This document shows, piece after piece, positions 55,575 to 64,000 of a stretch of 64,000 nucleotides of DNA. The translations under genes and the position numbers were made by a program. Every line of letters starts with the position of its first letter. Positions within the stretch are counted from its first letter, which is position 1. The stretch is from an uncultured Eubacteriales bacterium (GTDB taxonomy: Bacteria > Bacillota > Clostridia > Oscillospirales > CAG-272): assembly GCA_934446065.1 (NCBI GenBank), contig CAKSDP010000002.1, positions 17,101-81,100 of the forward strand, written 5' to 3'. Under the pieces are notes generated by a model. It searched no databases. It was not told the origin of the DNA and saw only the letters and a program-made list of their open reading frames with translations.

Positions 55575-57344
55575 ATGGGTGAAAATCAACGCCGTTTCCG
55601 GCTGCCTGTCGGCATCATCTTTGTTTTGTCGATGGTTATTGCGTTCTCCGTGTTCTTTTACAGCGATATTTCCGACACGCTTGACAATGCAGTTATGCTC
55701 GGCGAGGCGACGGTGCGCGGACGTTTTTTCAATTATTACGAATATGCGGCGACAAACCTCTCCAAATATACCGCATATGCCGCAAACTACAACGTGCTTC
55801 TGTATGTGCTCTTTTTGATATGGAATCTTCCGACATTTATCATTCACATGATAACCAGATTCGATTATATGACATCTATCCCGGCGCTAATGTGGTGCAA
55901 AGGCATTGTTGCTCTGTCCCTTGTCGGAATATTTATCATGTCGCGGAAAATTGCAGCCGAACTCGGCGCGGGCGAGCGGCGTGGTTTTCTTGCCGGATTT
56001 CTTTCCGTCTCATCCTGCGCCTTGCTCATGTCGGCTATGATCGCGAGTCAGTACGACTCAATCGCGCTGTTCTTTATGTTGTGCGGAATGTACTTCTACC
56101 TGAAAAAGAACACGCGGATGTTTGTCATCATGTTCGGGATCGCAATACCGTTGAAAATGTTTGCGCTGTTTATCCTATTGCCGCTGCTTCTTTTACGGGA
56201 GAAGAATCTTCTTCGGGCAGCCGTCATCGGTGCGATCACGTTTATCCCGAAGATACTTTGCGAGCTTCCTTTCAGAGGCGATCCGTATTTTACTGCGGCG
56301 CTCGGTTCACAGAACGGAGACGCGGCAGAGCTTATTCTCGGCGCTAATCTGAAGCTCGGCGATATATCGCTGAATCTTTTTGTTGCGGCGTATTTTATCA
56401 TCTGCATTTTTGCATATCTGAGCAGCGACGAGAGCGGATACGGCGCGGTGTATTATTCGTTTGCGGTATTTGTGGCGCTTGTGGTCCTTGTGCCGATACG
56501 CTCGTACTGGCTGATACTGTATACTCCGTTTCTCGCGATCCTTGCGGCTTTGCGACCGCAGCCTCACGCGATCGGGATACTTGCGGACACCGCCGCCGGT
56601 TTCTTCGGTACCATGTATTTTTTGCAGCACCACTGGATATACAACACAGGTGATATTACAGGCTCGCTCCTTCTCGGCGGAGTAGGTGTGCCCTCCGGGT
56701 ATACCGAAAAATACGGGTCGTATCGTGTGCTTGCCGAATCTCTCGGTGGGGACAATGTTCAGTACGCAATGTTTGCGCTGTTTGCGGGGGCGATCGTGTT
56801 CTGCCTTGTCATATTCCGCCCGTCCTGCGCTGCAAAACTTGAGGATGGTGCGGTGATCGCGGGCGAGCGGTATGCAGTCGTTCTTCGGATATTGCTAACG
56901 TTTATCGTTACCGCTGTTCTGCTTTACTCGGCGTTCGCTTCTTTGCCGATGATCCGCTACGGGTCCGACGATATCTCCGACACACGCGGCAGAACCGATC
57001 TTTTGGCGGGCGCCACGGCGACGGATACTGTTATACTTGACGGGGACACGGTGGTAAACGAGCTTGGAATTCAGTTTTTTCCGAAGAAGATCACGAGAAA
57101 AAATCACGAGCTTGTGTGCGTCGTTCTGATGGACAGCCGCGGCGGCGTAGTTTTCTCCGATTCCTGCGGTGTTTCTCTTGTGCGGGAGGATGAATTTGTC
57201 ACTTTCAGGATGCCGTCCGTGAAGCTCCTCGCGTCGGAGAAATACACGCTCACTGTTTCATGCGAGATCCCGAGCGGAAAAGCGAGAGGAAACCTGTACC
57301 CTGCCGTAACGGATGACGGAAATATTGCAATGTATATGAGATAA
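55575..57344 (+). CDS. Polytopic membrane protein with C-terminal soluble domain (possible GT-C-type glycosyltransferase)
   Basis: 589 aa. About 12 or more hydrophobic segments over residues 10-450, then a roughly 130-aa hydrophilic tail. The general layout resembles ArnT/PMT-like GT-C enzymes, but I cannot point to a diagnostic motif. Confidence 0.55.
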   Translation: MGENQRRFRLPVGIIFVLSMVIAFSVFFYSDISDTLDNAVMLGEATVRGRFFNYYEYAATNLSKYTAYAANYNVLLYVLFLIWNLPTFIIHMITRFDYMTSIPALMWCKGIVALSLVGIFIMSRKIAAELGAGERRGFLAGFLSVSSCALLMSAMIASQYDSIALFFMLCGMYFYLKKNTRMFVIMFGIAIPLKMFALFILLPLLLLREKNLLRAAVIGAITFIPKILCELPFRGDPYFTAALGSQNGDAAELILGANLKLGDISLNLFVAAYFIICIFAYLSSDESGYGAVYYSFAVFVALVVLVPIRSYWLILYTPFLAILAALRPQPHAIGILADTAAGFFGTMYFLQHHWIYNTGDITGSLLLGGVGVPSGYTEKYGSYRVLAESLGGDNVQYAMFALFAGAIVFCLVIFRPSCAAKLEDGAVIAGERYAVVLRILLTFIVTAVLLYSAFASLPMIRYGSDDISDTRGRTDLLAGATATDTVILDGDTVVNELGIQFFPKKITRKNHELVCVVLMDSRGGVVFSDSCGVSLVREDEFVTFRMPSVKLLASEKYTLTVSCEIPSGKARGNLYPAVTDDGNIAMYMR

Positions 57345-57347
57345 GAT

Positions 57348-57377
57348 TCGCGGGAGCGGCAATTGCCGCTCCCGCGA
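57348..57377. terminator. GC-rich palindromic hairpin between convergent genes (probable terminator)
   Basis: TCGCGGGAGCGGCA (57348-57361) pairs with TGCCGCTCCCGCGA (57364-57377). There is no clear U-tract on either side. Confidence 0.5.
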
Positions 57378-57382
57378 TAACG

Positions 57383-58114
57383 TTACTCTTTGATTGCTTC
57401 GAGATACTTGATCGGTATTCCCTGCTCCGAGAAATTGCGCTCGTACTCTGTCATGACGTTGTTCTCGTTTTTATCCGATGCATGGAGATCATACGTCACA
57501 TATCCGAGGGAGAGAGGCGACGCTTTTACGCTCTCGAGCGAGAACTCGAACAGGTCGTTGTTGTCCGTTTTGAATGCGAATATCCCGCCCGAACGCAAGA
57601 GACGCTCGTACGACTCGAGAAATCCGGAGTGTGTCAGGCGGCGCGAGGCGTAGCCCTTCTTTGTCCACGGGTCGCTGAAATTTGCGTATATGCGGTCGAA
57701 TATTCCCGAAGGAAACGCCTCGCTGAGGATAGCGGCGTCGGCGGCGAGAAAACGAACGTTGCCCGCGATCTCCGGGGAGAACTCGGGATGATCGTCGTCG
57801 CGGTAGAGCGTACCGTCGGAGGTGATGAATCCGCCGTTCGGCGCGAGCGTTCCGAGTCCGCGCAGACGCGCGTACTTTTCCGCGGCGATCACGATAACGT
57901 CATCGACCTTCTCCATCGCGATATAGTTGTAATCAGGCTCCTTTTCGGATATGCCGCAGATGAAGTCTCCCTTTCCGCATCCGATCTCAAGCCGGAGCGG
58001 AAGATCTGCGGCGAATACGGAGGACGGGGCGGCGAGAGCCGCAGGGTCGGTGAATATTATTGAGGAAAGCATTCTCAGTCTCTTTTGACCGTTGCGCTTT
58101 TTTCGCATTCTCAT
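57383..58114 (-). CDS. trmB: tRNA (guanine-N7)-methyltransferase
   Basis: 243 aa. The MRMRKK start parallels B. subtilis TrmB MRMRHK. SAM motif LEIGCGKGDF and FSDPWTKK motif. Confidence 0.9.
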   Translation of the reverse strand: MRMRKKRNGQKRLRMLSSIIFTDPAALAAPSSVFAADLPLRLEIGCGKGDFICGISEKEPDYNYIAMEKVDDVIVIAAEKYARLRGLGTLAPNGGFITSDGTLYRDDDHPEFSPEIAGNVRFLAADAAILSEAFPSGIFDRIYANFSDPWTKKGYASRRLTHSGFLESYERLLRSGGIFAFKTDNNDLFEFSLESVKASPLSLGYVTYDLHASDKNENNVMTEYERNFSEQGIPIKYLEAIKE

Positions 58115-58238
58115 ACTTGAAATATACTCCGGTTTCTGTTAGAATATAGATGTATAGATATTTCCGTCTGTACGGCGGACTTACGCTATATTCTATCACA
58201 AATATCCGTTTAAGTCTATATTTTGCGGGGGATTTATT

Positions 58239-59162
58239 TTGAATCTTTCTGAATTCAAATCAAAACTGAACGCAGCCCTGCTCAAGCGAGGAATCTCGGA
58301 GGACATCGCAGTAATGTACACGGGCAGCATATGCCGCTCTCTCACGGATTCCGACACTGCTGGGGCAAGTGATGTGACTATCGCCGAAATGGCGGACACT
58401 TGCGTTGACATGATCCGCAAGAAGAATCCGACGGCGGTGAATGATAATGCAGACGCGCCGCGCCCGAATGAGGCGGAGGCGAGCGAGATTTCGGTATCCG
58501 AGCCGCCGCTCGTCCGTGAGGACGAGAGCACGTCGGACACAGACGAGACTGGCGATGACGTTCTTTACGAAGTTGTCGAGACTGCACCGGCTGACGAGCC
58601 GGAGGAGGTGCCGGAAATCACTTATCCGGCAGATGAGCTGACCGAGGACCTCCCGACAGACGAGAGTGCCGTTCCCGAGAACAGCACGGATGAGTCCCAG
58701 GACTACGATTACGCTCCGGCGGACATCCCGCCGAAAGGGCGCATGAGCGCTCGGAGCATTGCAATCACTGCCGCGATAACGCTTGTTCTCTCTCCTCTGT
58801 GGGTCGCTGCCGCAGCATTGTTTTTCGTACCGTTCGGCGCCGTTTTTGCAGCGGAATTTGCGCTTATAGGTGCGCTTGTTGCGCTTCTTGCAGCCGGCGT
58901 TGCGCTGGGCGCGGGTGCAGCGCTTACGGGCATAGTTTACGGTGTTATCCGAATATTCACTACTCTTCCGGTCGGTTTGTACGAGATCGGCTTCGGCATA
59001 ATCATCGCGGGCGTTACGATGATGTTCGGAATTCTCATCTACAACGGCGCGGTGCGCTTTATGCCGTGGGTGATCAGGCAGACGGCTGTATTCTTCAAGT
59101 TTGCGTGGAGTCACGTCTCGCCGCTTCTTGCCGAATATAAGAGGAGGTGTGAAAAGCTGTGA
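58239..59162 (+). CDS. DUF1700-like membrane protein with long acidic insertion
   Basis: 307 aa with a TTG start. The N-terminal helical module is MNLSEFKSKLNAALLKRGISEDIAVMY. A roughly 110-aa Asp/Glu/Pro/Thr-rich linker follows. The C-terminal Gly/Ala-rich multi-TM region is arranged as in DUF1700 proteins (memory). Confidence 0.6.
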   Translation: MNLSEFKSKLNAALLKRGISEDIAVMYTGSICRSLTDSDTAGASDVTIAEMADTCVDMIRKKNPTAVNDNADAPRPNEAEASEISVSEPPLVREDESTSDTDETGDDVLYEVVETAPADEPEEVPEITYPADELTEDLPTDESAVPENSTDESQDYDYAPADIPPKGRMSARSIAITAAITLVLSPLWVAAAALFFVPFGAVFAAEFALIGALVALLAAGVALGAGAALTGIVYGVIRIFTTLPVGLYEIGFGIIIAGVTMMFGILIYNGAVRFMPWVIRQTAVFFKFAWSHVSPLLAEYKRRCEKL

Positions 59163-60163
59163 AACCGAAATCTATAATCTCGCTGATAATTGCGGCGGCG
59201 CTCGTTCTGTGCGGTATCGTCACCTGTACCGTGGCTTCCATCAAGGCAAAGAACAGTGATGTTATGCTTTTCCCCGAATCTGACGGCAGCGGAAATCTCG
59301 TATACCGTGTTGATCTTGAGAATATTACAAAGCTGAATATTACTACGGAGGATGCCGATATTACGGTCGTCGGCGGTGCCGAACGCTCGGAGATCGAGAT
59401 CGTAAACTTCAACGCGAATTACTACAAGCTTTCGCAGTCGAACGGATCCCTTGTATTTGTTGAGGTCGATGATTTCCTGTCGATGTTCAAATTCTGGGAC
59501 AACGGATTCTCGTTCAAGGGAATGCGGTACATTCTCCGATTCGGTGACGATGCTGCGGGCGAGAAGCGCGTGGTCGTCCATCTCACGGATGAGGATGCGC
59601 TTCGCCTTGCCGATATCAAAACCTCAACCGGCGATATTTCAATCGAAAAATGCAAGTTTAACGCGTACTACACTCTCTCGAGCGAGGGCGGACACGTCTC
59701 GCTTGACGGTGTATCGGATGCTTCGTTTGTTTCTGTTTCCGGCAAGAGCGCTCCGCTTGACATTGCCATGTCCTCATGCGGTACGGATGAGCTGAATATC
59801 ACAGCCGAATCGGCTGCGGTAAAGCTTTCTGACAGCAGCGCAGGAATCTTCACCGCCACTCTTCCCGTCGGCTCTCTCGATCTTGATGGGTTTACGGCTG
59901 AAACCATGAATATAACATCCGAGGGTGCAGATATTACAATTGATCCGTATTCGGTGACCGACGGAACGATCACTACCGTGACGGGCAATCTTTCGGTGAA
60001 TCTGAAAGACGCGAAGTCTGTTTCGGCAAACGTTACAACAAAGTCGGGAAAGCTTTCGCTTGACGGAAAATATACGGACTCGTACACACTGAACACACCT
60101 GATCCCGCAGTGCGCCTGACTGCGTCAAGCGGCAGCGGAAATATTACGATCATCACAAAATAA
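59159..60163 (+). CDS. DUF4097-like beta-repeat protein with N-terminal membrane anchor
   Basis: 334 aa with a GTG start that overlaps the upstream stop (GTGA). N-terminal TM IISLIIAAALVLCGIV, then repeated short beta-strand units (NITAESAAVKLSD, MNITSEGADITID, GNLSVNLKD). This is the usual partner of DUF1700 genes. Confidence 0.6.
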   Translation: MKPKSIISLIIAAALVLCGIVTCTVASIKAKNSDVMLFPESDGSGNLVYRVDLENITKLNITTEDADITVVGGAERSEIEIVNFNANYYKLSQSNGSLVFVEVDDFLSMFKFWDNGFSFKGMRYILRFGDDAAGEKRVVVHLTDEDALRLADIKTSTGDISIEKCKFNAYYTLSSEGGHVSLDGVSDASFVSVSGKSAPLDIAMSSCGTDELNITAESAAVKLSDSSAGIFTATLPVGSLDLDGFTAETMNITSEGADITIDPYSVTDGTITTVTGNLSVNLKDAKSVSANVTTKSGKLSLDGKYTDSYTLNTPDPAVRLTASSGSGNITIITK

Positions 60164-60174
60164 AGGAAGTTCTT

Positions 60175-60429
60175 ATGAAATACACATTTACTCCAAAGGG
60201 CGTTTGCGCAATGAAGCTGTCGTTCGACCTTGACGACGGCAAGATCTCTGACATCAAATTTCTCGGAGGCTGCAACGGAAACCTTTCGGCGATCTCAAAG
60301 CTTGCCGAGGGAATGGATGCCGAGCGACTTGTTTCGATCCTTCGCGGAAACAAGTGCGGAATGAAGAATACTTCGTGCGCGGATCAGCTTGCGGAAGCGG
60401 TTGAGCTGGCGCTCGAAGGAAAGCTTTGA
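60175..60429 (+). CDS. TSCPD-domain small protein (TIGR03905-like, four conserved Cys)
   Basis: 84 aa with an AAGGAAG RBS. GVCAMKLSF, FLGGCNGNLSAISKLAEGM and CGMKNTSCADQLA motifs match my memory of this family. Confidence 0.7.
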   Translation: MKYTFTPKGVCAMKLSFDLDDGKISDIKFLGGCNGNLSAISKLAEGMDAERLVSILRGNKCGMKNTSCADQLAEAVELALEGKL

Positions 60430-60454
60430 TCTAAAGAAAGGCACGGATTATAAT

Positions 60455-62986
60455 TTGAAAATTCTGCTGATTGACGGAAACAGTATTCTGAACCGTGCAT
60501 TTTACGGTGTTGCTCCCCTTACTGCTTCCGACGGTACGCCGACCGGTGCTGTTTTCGGATTTATAAATATTCTGAAAAGGCATCTTGATGCGGTCGCACC
60601 CGATATTGCCGTATGTGCGTTCGACCTGCCCGGTAAAAACTTCAGGCATGAGCTGTATTCCGAATACAAGGCAAACCGTTCCGGTATGCCTGAGGATCTT
60701 GCGGTGCAGCTGCCGATAGCAAAGGACGTTGTAGGTGCGCTCGGACTTCGGGTTGCGGAAGCCGCCGGATTTGAGGCTGACGATGTGCTCGGCACTCTTG
60801 CGACCGAGGCGGCAGCCCGCGGCGACGATGCGTACATTCTTACGGGTGACAGGGATTCGCTCCAGCTTATAGGTGACAGGATATCCATTGTTCTTGTAAA
60901 GAATAAGGGTGATATTCTCTTTGATCGTTCGAGATTTATCGAAGAATATGGCGTTACTCCCGAGCAGTTCATAGATGTGAAAGCGCTGATGGGCGATTCG
61001 TCCGACAATATTCCCGGAGTGCGCGGGATCGGAGAAAAGACGGCGCTGAAGCTTATTTCCGCTGCGGGCGACATCGACACGCTGTACGCCGATCCTGCGG
61101 CGTACGGAGCGAAGGGCGCGACCCTTCAGAAGCTCTGTGACGGTCGTGATATGGCGTATCTTTCAAAGACGCTTGCGACGATCGACCGGGACATTCCCGT
61201 CCTCGACCGCGATCTTCTTTTTACAAAGGGGGAGCCGGACAATGCAAGGCTGTCGGCTCTTTTCGAGCGTCTTGAATTTTCAAATCTGAGGCACAAATTC
61301 GGTCTTGATGACGAAAAGCCTGCCCCAGCACCCATGACCGAAATTCCTGCGATGCAGATGACTGATGTCATGCCCGCAGATCTTGCCGAAAGCCTTGCGG
61401 GAGCGGAGACGCTGTCCGTTATTCTTACGGCTGACGGCGACTCGCACGAGCTTCAGATCGCATTCGGCGAGACTGTTCTGCGGTGCGTTTTTTCGGACGC
61501 AGAGCAAAAAACAGTAGCGGATGCACTTTCGTCTCATCCGCTGAACTGCTATGATTTAAAAAACTTTACGAAGTATTTTATCCCATCCGGAGCGCAGTTC
61601 GAGTGCGTCTTTGATCCTATGCTTGCCGCGTATCTGCTCTCTCCCGGTGAGGGGGCATATCCGCTCGACCGCGTTTCACAGAAGTATATTTGTTCCAATG
61701 CGCCGCAGGCGTATAAGGTAAAGCTGCTCTCGGATGTGCTTCTGCCGATGCTGTCAGAGGCTGGGATGGAGTCGCTCCTCCGCAATATCGAGATACCGCT
61801 GTCGCGGGTCCTTGCGGGAATGGAGCACACCGGCTTTGCGGTGGACGGCGATGGGATCCACAATTATATGCTGTCGCTGAAATCCGCAGCGGACGCATTA
61901 TGCGAGCAGATCTATTTCAAGGCGGGAGAGCGCTTTAACCTCAATTCTCCGAAGCAGCTCGGGGAGATCCTTTTTGATAAGCTCGGTCTTCCCTCCGGCA
62001 GAAAGACCAAGACCGGCTACTCGACTGACGCCGAGACACTTGAGCGTCTGCGCCCGTATGACGACATCGTAGGAGATATTCTGGATTACCGCCAGCTGTC
62101 GAAGCTGTGCGGTACGTACGGTGATTCGCTCGTGGCATTGTCGGCGGCGGACGGTCGGATACACACAGTATTCAATCAGACGGGGACTGCGACCGGCAGA
62201 CTTTCGTCGAGCGACCCGAATATGCAGAATATTCCTGTGCGGGAGTCGCTCGGACGTGAGATACGAAAATACTTCACCGCATCGGCTCCCGGTCGTGTTC
62301 TTGTTGACGGCGACTATTCGCAGATCGAGCTTCGTCTGCTTGCCGAAATGTCCGGCGATGCCGCGATGCAGAAGGCGTTTATAGACGGTGAGGACATTCA
62401 CCGCCGCACGGCGTCACAGGTGTTCGGCGTTCCGTTTGAATCGGTCACGCCTGAGCTGCGTTCGCGCGCAAAAGCGGTGAATTTCGGCATCGTGTACGGG
62501 ATCGGCGCTTTTTCTCTCGCGAAGGACTTGCATATATCGCGGAAAATGGCGGATGAATATATCAGATCATATCTTGCAACGTACAGCGATGTCGATCGCT
62601 TCCTCACTGAATCAATTGCATCGGCAAGAAAGCTCGGCTATGCCGTGACCATGTTCGGCCGCAGACGATATATCCCCGAGCTTTCAAGCCGCAACAAAAA
62701 CCTGCAGGCGTTTGGCGAGCGCGTGGCGATGAACAGCCCGGTTCAGGGCAGCGCCGCCGACCTCATAAAGCTCGCGATGATCGGCGTTGACCGCGCGTTG
62801 CGTGAAGCGAACCTTGACGCGAAGCTTATACTTCAGGTTCACGATGAGCTTATAATTGATGCTGCCGAGGATGCGGCGGAAGAAGCCGCTGCGATACTTC
62901 GACGCGAGATGGAAAACGCTGCCGTCACGACCGTGCCGATGGCGGTCGATATTTCAACGGGATATTCATGGTATGATGCAAAATAA
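60455..62986 (+). CDS. polA: DNA polymerase I
   Basis: The track ORF starts at 60389, overlapping the TSCPD gene. The in-frame TTG at 60455 gives MKILLIDGNSILNRAFYG, a typical 5'-nuclease N-terminus (843 aa). Polymerase motifs DYSQIELR, RSRAKAVNFGIVYG and QVHDEL. Confidence 0.95.
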   Translation: MKILLIDGNSILNRAFYGVAPLTASDGTPTGAVFGFINILKRHLDAVAPDIAVCAFDLPGKNFRHELYSEYKANRSGMPEDLAVQLPIAKDVVGALGLRVAEAAGFEADDVLGTLATEAAARGDDAYILTGDRDSLQLIGDRISIVLVKNKGDILFDRSRFIEEYGVTPEQFIDVKALMGDSSDNIPGVRGIGEKTALKLISAAGDIDTLYADPAAYGAKGATLQKLCDGRDMAYLSKTLATIDRDIPVLDRDLLFTKGEPDNARLSALFERLEFSNLRHKFGLDDEKPAPAPMTEIPAMQMTDVMPADLAESLAGAETLSVILTADGDSHELQIAFGETVLRCVFSDAEQKTVADALSSHPLNCYDLKNFTKYFIPSGAQFECVFDPMLAAYLLSPGEGAYPLDRVSQKYICSNAPQAYKVKLLSDVLLPMLSEAGMESLLRNIEIPLSRVLAGMEHTGFAVDGDGIHNYMLSLKSAADALCEQIYFKAGERFNLNSPKQLGEILFDKLGLPSGRKTKTGYSTDAETLERLRPYDDIVGDILDYRQLSKLCGTYGDSLVALSAADGRIHTVFNQTGTATGRLSSSDPNMQNIPVRESLGREIRKYFTASAPGRVLVDGDYSQIELRLLAEMSGDAAMQKAFIDGEDIHRRTASQVFGVPFESVTPELRSRAKAVNFGIVYGIGAFSLAKDLHISRKMADEYIRSYLATYSDVDRFLTESIASARKLGYAVTMFGRRRYIPELSSRNKNLQAFGERVAMNSPVQGSAADLIKLAMIGVDRALREANLDAKLILQVHDELIIDAAEDAAEEAAAILRREMENAAVTTVPMAVDISTGYSWYDAK

Positions 62987-63012
62987 CCGACGAGAAAGGC
63001 ATTGACACTATA

Positions 63013-63915
63013 ATGAGACTTAAAACAAAGGCTCCTGCAAAGATAAATTTGTACCTTGACATCACCGGCAAGCGTCCTGACGGGTATCACAATATCCGCA
63101 GTATCATGCAGTCGATCGACCTGTGCGACACTGTGTCGGTGGAGCTCTGCGAGGCTACACGGGGTGAATCCTCGATAAGTCTGACCTGTTCTGATTCCGA
63201 TCTCCCCTGTGATGAGACGAACCTCGCCTGTAAGGCAGCGCTTGCCTTCTTTCGCGGTATATCGGCAAAGTATTTTTCATGCAGGATCCACATTGAGAAA
63301 ATAATCCCGATGGCGGCGGGGCTTGCGGGCGGAAGCAGCGACGCTGCGGCTGTGCTCAAGCTTCTCAACAGGCTGCATTCTTCCCCGCTCGACACTGACG
63401 CGCTGTGCGATCTCGGTGCGACGGTCGGAGCCGATGTGCCGTTCTGTATTCGCGGCGGAACGCTTGTTGCTGAGGGCATCGGCGAAAGGCTTCGTTCGAC
63501 GTATTCTTTTCCGAAGTCTTATATCGCAGTTGCTGTAGGCGGTCGCGGCGTATCTACCCCCGACGCGTACCGTATGCTTGATTACAGCTTCAGCGATGAT
63601 TTCGGGCGCGATCCCGCTCAGTTTGACGCCATAATCACTGCCATACGCGAAAAGAATATTTCGGCTGCGGCGGAGTCTATGTACAATATTTTCGAGAAAG
63701 CGGTACTGCCGCGCCACAGAACCGCGCGACAGCTCAAGGAGATCATGAGCGGCTGCGGTGCGCTCGGTACGCTTATGAGCGGCAGCGGACCGTCGGTGTT
63801 CGGAATATTCGACTCCCGCGATAAAGCCGAGATTGCCGCAAGGACGGCGGCGACCATCGCTGAAAAGGCGTTTGCCTGCTCAACTGAAGTCGGACGGGAG
63901 GCAGGAATGCTTTGA
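63013..63915 (+). CDS. ispE: 4-(cytidine 5'-diphospho)-2-C-methyl-D-erythritol kinase
   Basis: 300 aa. KAPAKINLYLDITGKRPDGYH start and the GHMP kinase motif PMAAGLAGGSSDAAA. Confidence 0.93.
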   Translation: MRLKTKAPAKINLYLDITGKRPDGYHNIRSIMQSIDLCDTVSVELCEATRGESSISLTCSDSDLPCDETNLACKAALAFFRGISAKYFSCRIHIEKIIPMAAGLAGGSSDAAAVLKLLNRLHSSPLDTDALCDLGATVGADVPFCIRGGTLVAEGIGERLRSTYSFPKSYIAVAVGGRGVSTPDAYRMLDYSFSDDFGRDPAQFDAIITAIREKNISAAAESMYNIFEKAVLPRHRTARQLKEIMSGCGALGTLMSGSGPSVFGIFDSRDKAEIAARTAATIAEKAFACSTEVGREAGML

Positions 63916-64000
63916 GCGGCTACATCAGGACGATCAGGAAAAAGGTCGGGCACGATCCCGTGCTTCAGTGTGGTGCGAGCGTGATCCTTGTTGCGCCTGA
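63912..64000 (+). CDS. Partial CDS (N-terminus only): probable NUDIX hydrolase
   Basis: A TTG at 63912 overlaps the ispE stop and reads MSGYIRTIRKKVGHDPVLQCGASVILVAP. This resembles the common NUDIX N-terminus (xxIxxLRxxIGHxPLIxxGAxxIV). Truncated by the window edge. Confidence 0.4.
   Translation, partial: MSGYIRTIRKKVGHDPVLQCGASVILVAP

Noticed and set aside
58260-59114. 284-aa minus-strand ORF opposite the DUF1700-like gene
   Set aside because: It is an Arg-rich shadow frame. The plus-strand product has a coherent TM architecture and is translationally coupled to the next gene.

Overview
This is a 64-kb chromosomal segment from a high-GC, endospore-forming Firmicute with Clostridia-type gene content. 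No species call is possible. All calls come from reading the supplied ORF translations and the raw sequence; no searches or computations were run. Family names come from memory of conserved motifs. There are about 58 densely packed protein genes, mostly housekeeping. In order they are: an amino-sugar-type catabolic operon (FGGY kinase, NagB-like, NagA-like, ceramidase-like; 1-3.6 kb); mgtE; rpe; ispD-ispF; a T-box-controlled leuA-ilvB-ilvN-ilvC-ilvD operon (7.5-14.4 kb); a DUF815 ATPase; cysteine desulfurase plus DUF3343; an SprT-like protein; rqcH; lon-engB; scpA-scpB-ytfI-ytfJ-dacB; rluB; glycerate kinase; a frameshifted maltose/galactoside O-acetyltransferase; T-box-controlled pheS-pheT; a ptsH-ptsI-EIIA-EIICB operon; trxA-trxB; dpaA-dpaB; a class-III aminotransferase; a LysM-GH18 protein (YaaH/SleL-like); eno; trmB; DUF1700-like plus DUF4097; a TSCPD protein; polA; and ispE. 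The one clearly non-core stretch is 37.1-44.1 kb. It holds a head-to-tail array of three ~2.2-kb paralogous genes for ~734-aa Cys-rich lipoproteins that look DUF4838/GH20b-like. The array is lower in GC than its surroundings by spot counts and abuts the PTS operon divergently. It is my best candidate for something undescribed. I found no CRISPR array, rRNA or tRNA gene, transposase, integrase, phage gene or recognisable defence gene. Many long ORFs in the track are antisense shadow ORFs typical of high-GC DNA and were rejected.
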